Assembly: GCA_004022145.1 (NCBI GenBank)
Contig: RCNU01000032.1
Length of the DNA: 47,464 nucleotides
Strand: one strand, 5' to 3'
Source of the DNA: Paecilomyces variotii
Taxonomy: Eukaryota
Part shown: positions 41,300 through 47,464 of the stretch, piece after piece
How the letters are laid out: each line of letters begins with the position of its first letter
Numbering within the stretch: the first letter of the stretch is position 1
The notes under the pieces: model-generated
What the model was told of the DNA's origin: nothing
The model's database searches: none
What the model saw: only the letters and a program-made list of their open reading frames with translations
Made by a program: the position numbers and the translations under genes

Positions 41300-44200
41300 T
41301 TAATAAAAAAATAAACTAGAATTAAAGGATATATACTCTTAGGTAAATAACGCTATTATTAATATCTTAATATAAAATATTTAATACTATACTAAGATTT
41401 ATACTATCTAATACTATTAATACCTTATAGTTATTAAGTTAAGTACTAATTATTATATTTCTACTTATAGAAGGTATAATAATATATCTAATAGGTATAA
41501 ATATCTTATAAAGATTATTATTATAATACTATAATTATTACTAGAATTATACTTATTTAAATAATATTCTTCTAATAATATTTAAGAGTTCTTTACTTAA
41601 GCTCTTTAGTTATCTTTAAACCTTAAGTCTTTAATCTTACTAAATTTAGCAGAAGGTAAAGCATATTATTTCTATTAGGGAGCTATATAAGTTAATAAAC
41701 AGTTAATAATATTTAGGAAAGAGAATACTTATTATAAAGGCAAATACTATATTAAGTATTTAAATATTTCTTAATATAACCTCTAAAAGGGCCTAACTAT
41801 AATTATATAAATAACTTATAACTACTATATTAACAGTTATATAATATCTTTAATTACGCAGGCTATTAATATAATTATCTTTATCTAATAGTTATACTAG
41901 ATAAAGGCTAAGTAGGAGAATCTAAAATATTAAAAACTAAGGTAATATTCTCTATAGTAAATTAATTATATTAAGCTATAGGATAAACTCTAGAGTAATA
42001 AGGTATATTAGTAAAATATTATAATACTTATATAAACTTCTAGGAGAGAGATAGATAAGATATTTTTTATAAAATTAGTTTTAGTCTCTAAGATTACTTT
42101 ATCTTCTCTTATTTCTAGATATTAATCCTAAGTTCTTAAATAGCTATATCTTATCTTAATTCTTTAATTATATATCTTCTTAATATTAAAACTTTCTTAT
42201 AAAGAATACTACCTATAATATTTACTATAATTATCTCTAAATACCTTAAAGTAAATCTCCTATAGAAATAATTAAAGTTATCCCTTAAGCTATTAAAACT
42301 ATTCTTAAGGCCTTTTATTTATTAATAGTAGAGTAGTAATAATTATACTTTAAATATATATTATTATACTTTATTCTAGAGCTATAAGACTATTACTAAT
42401 AGTAATATTTTAACTACTGCTTTAAAAATAGTATTATAAAGCTTAGCCTTAATATAGAATTAATATAGAAGCTACTAATATAATTCCCTATTAATCTAAT
42501 TACTCGCCCGACCTAATTAATATTATATTATATATAAAATAGCTTATAAATATCTTAATAACTAATTGTTTAATATATATAAGATTTAATTTATAGTGTT
42601 TTATAATTATAAATTTATATATACTTAACTTTAATTCTAGAAATTACTTTTTATCTAGGTAATATAAATTATAGGTATAATTCTAGTAATTATATTATAT
42701 CTTTAATATTTATAGAAAACTAGAATTTAAATATCTAAAACTTAGCTTAAATATTTCTAATAATCTATATTTTAGATATTTATATTTTAAACGCCCTTAA
42801 ACTAATTTATTATTAAGATATTTATATTTAAAATTTAGCTATTTTATATATAATATAATACTAATTAAGTTAGGCGAGTTATAAGTAATTAGGTTAGTAG
42901 GGAATTAATTATATAACTATTATTAAAAAATACTTTAATAATAATAACTAGGAGAAATAAAAATATCTAATTAATTAATATATTATTAGTACTTACTTTT
43001 ATAGCCTATATAAATTACTAACTAATATTTAGCCTCTTAATAATACTAGCAGGTCTTTTAATTATAAAGAATACTTTATTATTAAATTAGCCCTTTATAT
43101 AAAGTAAACCCCTTCTTTATATAACTCTATTTTCTTAATTTTTAAGATAAATAAAATATAGAATATAATTTAATGCCTTAAGTATATAATAAGATTATAT
43201 AGTATTTATTATAGCTTTAATAATTAAATTAAAAGCTTAATATTAGTTATAATTTAACTATAGAATAAGATCTTCTACTTATTAGCTAAGCTTAATATAA
43301 TTATAGGCTTTATAGCTTTTCTTCTATAAGGTCTCTATATTTTAAATAGCTCTATACTAATTATTTAAGTAAAAAAGAAAACTAATAATCTCTTAGAGTT
43401 TTATCTTTTATTTAAAGATTAATAGTAATAAAAAAAGGCTATAATAAAGAATATAATCTAGAGTAAGATTATATTATAATTAACTATATTAAATATAATA
43501 CTTTAAGTTATTATAAATATTATCCTTATATTTCTCTTAAAGCCTATTAGTATTAAAAAGGTCTTTAAAGGTTATTATTATAAAAAGTAATTAATAGAGT
43601 TAATATTTAATATCTATATAATAGGCTTTCTTAAAGTATAGGCTCTATTTATCTTTAACTTTTAAAATCTTATAAGTATAATAAGCCTTATAAAAGATTA
43701 AATAGATATAACTATTTATATTCTAGATATTCTTAAAACTTATAGACTTATATACTACTATAAGGAGATAATAAAGAAAATAGACTTTATAAAGAGGTAA
43801 TACTTACTTTATTTAATTAATTTAAAGGGCCTTTATCTAATAGTATATTTATTTCTTTTTTTTCTATTTTTAAGTAAAGGAATAAAAAATTTATAAAATA
43901 GTAATAGCCTAAAATCTTTTATATAATAAATAGTAGTAGTAAAAGCTTATTTACTTTCTTATTAGTATTATATTAGAGAAAGGCTAATAATTTTAATATT
44001 ACCTATTTTAAATAATTAGTAAGCTCTTTAATAAATACTTCTATATTATAGGTAATAAGATAGTTAGTAGAACTTATATATAGAGTATAAATACTAAGAT
44101 TAATCCTATAAGTAAAGAATTTAAAAAGATATTAAATTATTTTTAATACCTTAATATAATAGCTATTAATATAATTATAAATCTTATTAATATTTATATT

Positions 44201-46000
44201 TAGCTCTATAGTTATATAATCGGGTCTTATAAATATATTTATATAAGTATTTAATTATCCTAATACTATTATATACTTTTATATTAATATAGGCCTTATA
44301 TTGCTATATTAAGTAAAGATTATAGGGGATAATTTATTTATTCTTAATCTCTAAGAAGCTATTTATTTTAAAGTCTTAAATTTAAACCTAGATCTTTTTT
44401 CTTTAGTAATACTTAAGATAAAAATCTTTAATTAAGATAGTTTTCTTATAAAAAGGCTTCGAATAATCTTTTAAGTATTTTAATACTCTATTAATCTCTT
44501 TTATATAGAGGGCCTTAAGATTATAATAGCTATATAGTTAACTAGTAGATTAAGTTAGCAATAATAATATTATAAAGCTTAAGATTCTATTATTTTTAAA
44601 GTTTTAATTATTTAAGAGTTACTTAATTATTAAAAATAGGCCTAGGCTTATTAATAATAGGGGTCTTTATATAGATAAATCTTATTAATATATTTAATAA
44701 TAAGGGATTTAAAGCTATCTTTAACTTAAAGAAAGAAATAAGTATAAAAAAGATTATATTTCTAATATTTAATTATTTAAATATTAGTAATATATTCTCT
44801 AAAGATTAAATCCTTATATAGTTTAAAGATAAGTTCTAGCAGTTTAATATTAAATATATATAAGCTATTAAAGTAATTCTCCTAAGATTAAATAAAAATA
44901 CTACTTATATCTTTAATAATTTTAGCCTAAATCTCTTTTTAATATATATTTACTATAAAAGTAATAAAAAGGTAAGATTTTTTAAATTTATAGATAATAG
45001 CTATAAAGTCTTAATAATATTAGTATATAAAATAATTATTATCTATAAAAGATAAAAAAAGAATATATAGTTTATTTATATTAGTAGAATTTATATTAAT
45101 AGTAGTAATAAGAGTTATAATAATATTATATCTCTTAGCTTAAAGCTTTATCTAGTTTTATTTAAACTAATCTAGCTTATATTATTTTATAGATAATTAT
45201 AGATCTATAATAAATTATTAGTAAAGATCTAATAATTATAAATAAGTAGTATAATTTATATCTATCTATATTCTTAGCCTCTATAAATAAGACTTAGCAG
45301 CTAAAGCTATTAATATTAATCCCTTTTACTCTAAGGAAAAAGAAAAATATATTAAAGGGAAATATATAATAAGTGCGAATAATAGATTAATATAAGATAT
45401 TATCTTAAACTAACTTATTAAATAATTAAAGAGCCTTAAAGAGCTAAATATTAACCTTAATATTATAGCTATAGATTATATTTAAAAATAACCTAGAGTA
45501 TATTATTATTATCTCTAGAGTAAATATTATCTTTTATTATACTATTATTATTAAAAATAATATTTATATTCTTATTAAACTAATTAAATATTAAGTATTA
45601 TATAAAAGGAGATTTAATAAAATAAAAGTAGATATTATAAAAACTTACTTAGCTATACTTCTTTATAATATCTAAGATAAATCCTACTAGTTCTATTATT
45701 AAAATTGCTAGATTATAAAAATATATACTACTTTTATTAAAGATTAAATATAATTATAGAGTAAAATATAGGTATTATAATCTATAGTTAGTATAAAACT
45801 TAAAATATTATAAGTATTATAGTATTAGTATAGAGAATAGGAGAGTTCTAGAGAAAGCTAACTTAAGGCGTCCTAATAGAATAATAAACCCGCTAGCTAA
45901 TATTTATTTAATCTAGAAAAGTAAGGTTTAAACTCTTCTAGATTATATAAGGAGTTATATAATCTTATAAAGATATCTTTAATATATAGCTCGATCTAAA
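41300..46000 (-). mobile_element. Helitron Rep/Pif1-helicase relic; termini not located
   Basis: De-RIPed PSSFTGGDRFMHQCYQDSMAIV ~44995-45060; PDLFITFTAN ~44948-44978; IEYQKRGLPHAH ~44741-44776; VPYNPYL..YKAHINVE..IKYLYKYIYKGPD ~44218-44332; GPAGT.K-like ~43038-43058; GDLLQ ~42248-42262. Confidence 0.88.
42478..42914. mobile_element. MITE, same family as 14137-14564, opposite orientation, inserted in the Helitron helicase
   Basis: TIR atataattccctattaatctaattactcgcc. Right TIR carries small duplications. Interior aaatatcttaataactaattgt is the reverse complement of ~14473-14494. Confidence 0.87.
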
Positions 46001-47464
46001 TTTAAGCTTCTTAAGCTATATCTTATTTATTAAGCCTGCCTATAATAGCTTATTTTAGTCTAAATTAGCTAAATAGAGATCTTATAGCTAGTCCTAATAT
46101 TAACTATTTTATTCTATTTATTTTAACCTGCTCCTTAAGCCTATACTTTAATACTATATAACTTTAATTTAAGAGTTAATATTATTAATAATATTTATTT
46201 TAATTTCTCTATTTTTACTAATTATTCTAGGGGAGTTTATTAAGTATATTACTACTAGCTATAGGCCAGAATAATATAATTATTATTGCTTAGTATATAA
46301 ATATATTATTAGGGCTAAGTTATCTATAAATAAAGCTAGTTAATATATTAAATAGATTAAAATAAGGGTTTAAAAATTTTAACAGAAGTTTATAGCTATA
46401 TAATTAAGACTTAAATAAAAAAAAATATTAATCTTAAGGCTATTTAGTAATATTAAGAGATATAGCTTAATAAAAAGAAATAGTAATATATTTAAGCTAC
46501 TCTTAAAAAGGATTAAGCTTATTATATAGCTATTCTTACTATAAATATATCTATATTTATACTTAAATCTAAGCCTAATATTAAGAGACTTATAGCTGCT
46601 TTAATAAGAGCATTTAAGATACTTATTACTATACTTTTTTTACTCTTAAACTTTTAGAAAGACTTCTTAATCTAAATAAATTTAAAGGCAATTAAAAGGA
46701 CCTTTAGTATTTTATAGCCTAAATTTAAAAGAAGATAATAATTAACTAAGACTAATTTCTAACCTCTTAGAGCTATATAGTCTATATAACTAATTATTTA
46801 AAGGATATGCCCTATATTTAAATATTGCTATATATTAGAGATAAGACCTATATTCTTAGTAATTACTAAAAGATTCTAGATATTTTAAAGTATATATTTA
46901 GTAACTCTAATTATATAAATAATATATATAGTAAACTATTTAACCTCTATTAAATTAATAAAAAATTTAAAATCTTTTTTACTAAGTTCTAGCACCTAAT
47001 ACTAGAAGGAAAAATATTTAAAGAAATATTATTTACCCTGCTTAAGTAAGCTATTAGTTAAGAATTTTAAGAAATATTATTATATAGCTAATCCCTAAGT
47101 TATAAGTATTATTAATTTACTAAATTTTTATAAGACTTTAAGAACTACTGCTATTAATATATTATAAATTAGCCTCTTATTATAAAGATTTATATTATTG
47201 TTTTAAAATCTATTTAGTATACTTAATCTCTTTTATTTATTCTAAGTTTAGCCTTAGCTATAAAATATAATAATTAGCCTTAAAAAAGCTCTATATAAAA
47301 AATAAACTAGCCTTAATATAGCTATATAACTTAATAGATTTAAGTACTTCTAGATATTTAGGTAAAAGAGAATATAACTTATTATATTATAAAACTAGCG
47401 CTTACTTCTACTATAGCTTCTTAAAATATTATATTAAAGATTACTTATATTTAAATAACTGCTA

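Larger units (their letters stand above)
1..47464. other. RIP-degraded AT-rich transposon cluster (heterochromatin/AT-isochore type)
   Basis: Extreme AT and TpA excess with CpA/TpG depletion; surviving G/C mostly in AG/CT contexts. Only two short ORFs in 47 kb. Paired repeats differ by transitions. Confidence 0.95.

Noticed and set aside
1..47464. Mitochondrial or alternative-genetic-code DNA suggested by high AT
   Set aside because: No organelle genes or RNAs. Stops fall at Q/W/R positions of TE proteins and coincide with other transition changes, as RIP predicts.
1..47464. Starship captain, effector or other host gene embedded in the AT block
   Set aside because: No tyrosine-recombinase motifs or non-RIPed gene-sized island seen; a tiny or fully RIPed gene cannot be excluded by eye.

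Overview
Fungal (filamentous ascomycete-type) AT-rich block made almost entirely of nested transposable-element relics erased by repeat-induced point mutation (RIP). TpA is everywhere, CpA/TpG is scarce, and repeat copies differ almost only by C>T/G>A transitions (judged by eye, not computed). No intact host gene, RNA gene or CRISPR array is supported, and both ORF-track hits are artefacts inside a Tc1-type element. Mentally reversing RIP reveals: two full-length Copia elements with paired LTRs and 5-bp TSDs (1987-6967, 8601-13901) and a truncated third (34986-38122); Gypsy/chromovirus relics (14988-21230 +; 26813-33390 -; a + strand element apparently split over 22850-41050); three pogo/Fot1-type DNA transposons; a lightly RIPed DD34E Tc1 element (17786-19696); ~430-bp MITEs of two families; solo LTRs; and a Helitron Rep-Pif1 relic (~41300-46000). 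The most notable signals are non-canonical Copia LTR ends (TC..GA and TG..CT), a possible extra ORF downstream of a chromodomain integrase, two LTRs sharing one 5-bp target, a MITE whose TIR matches the neighbouring Tc1, and pogo elements at deletion breakpoints. Protein motifs quoted are my hand reconstructions of RIP-damaged codons. I found no evidence of an intact novel system.
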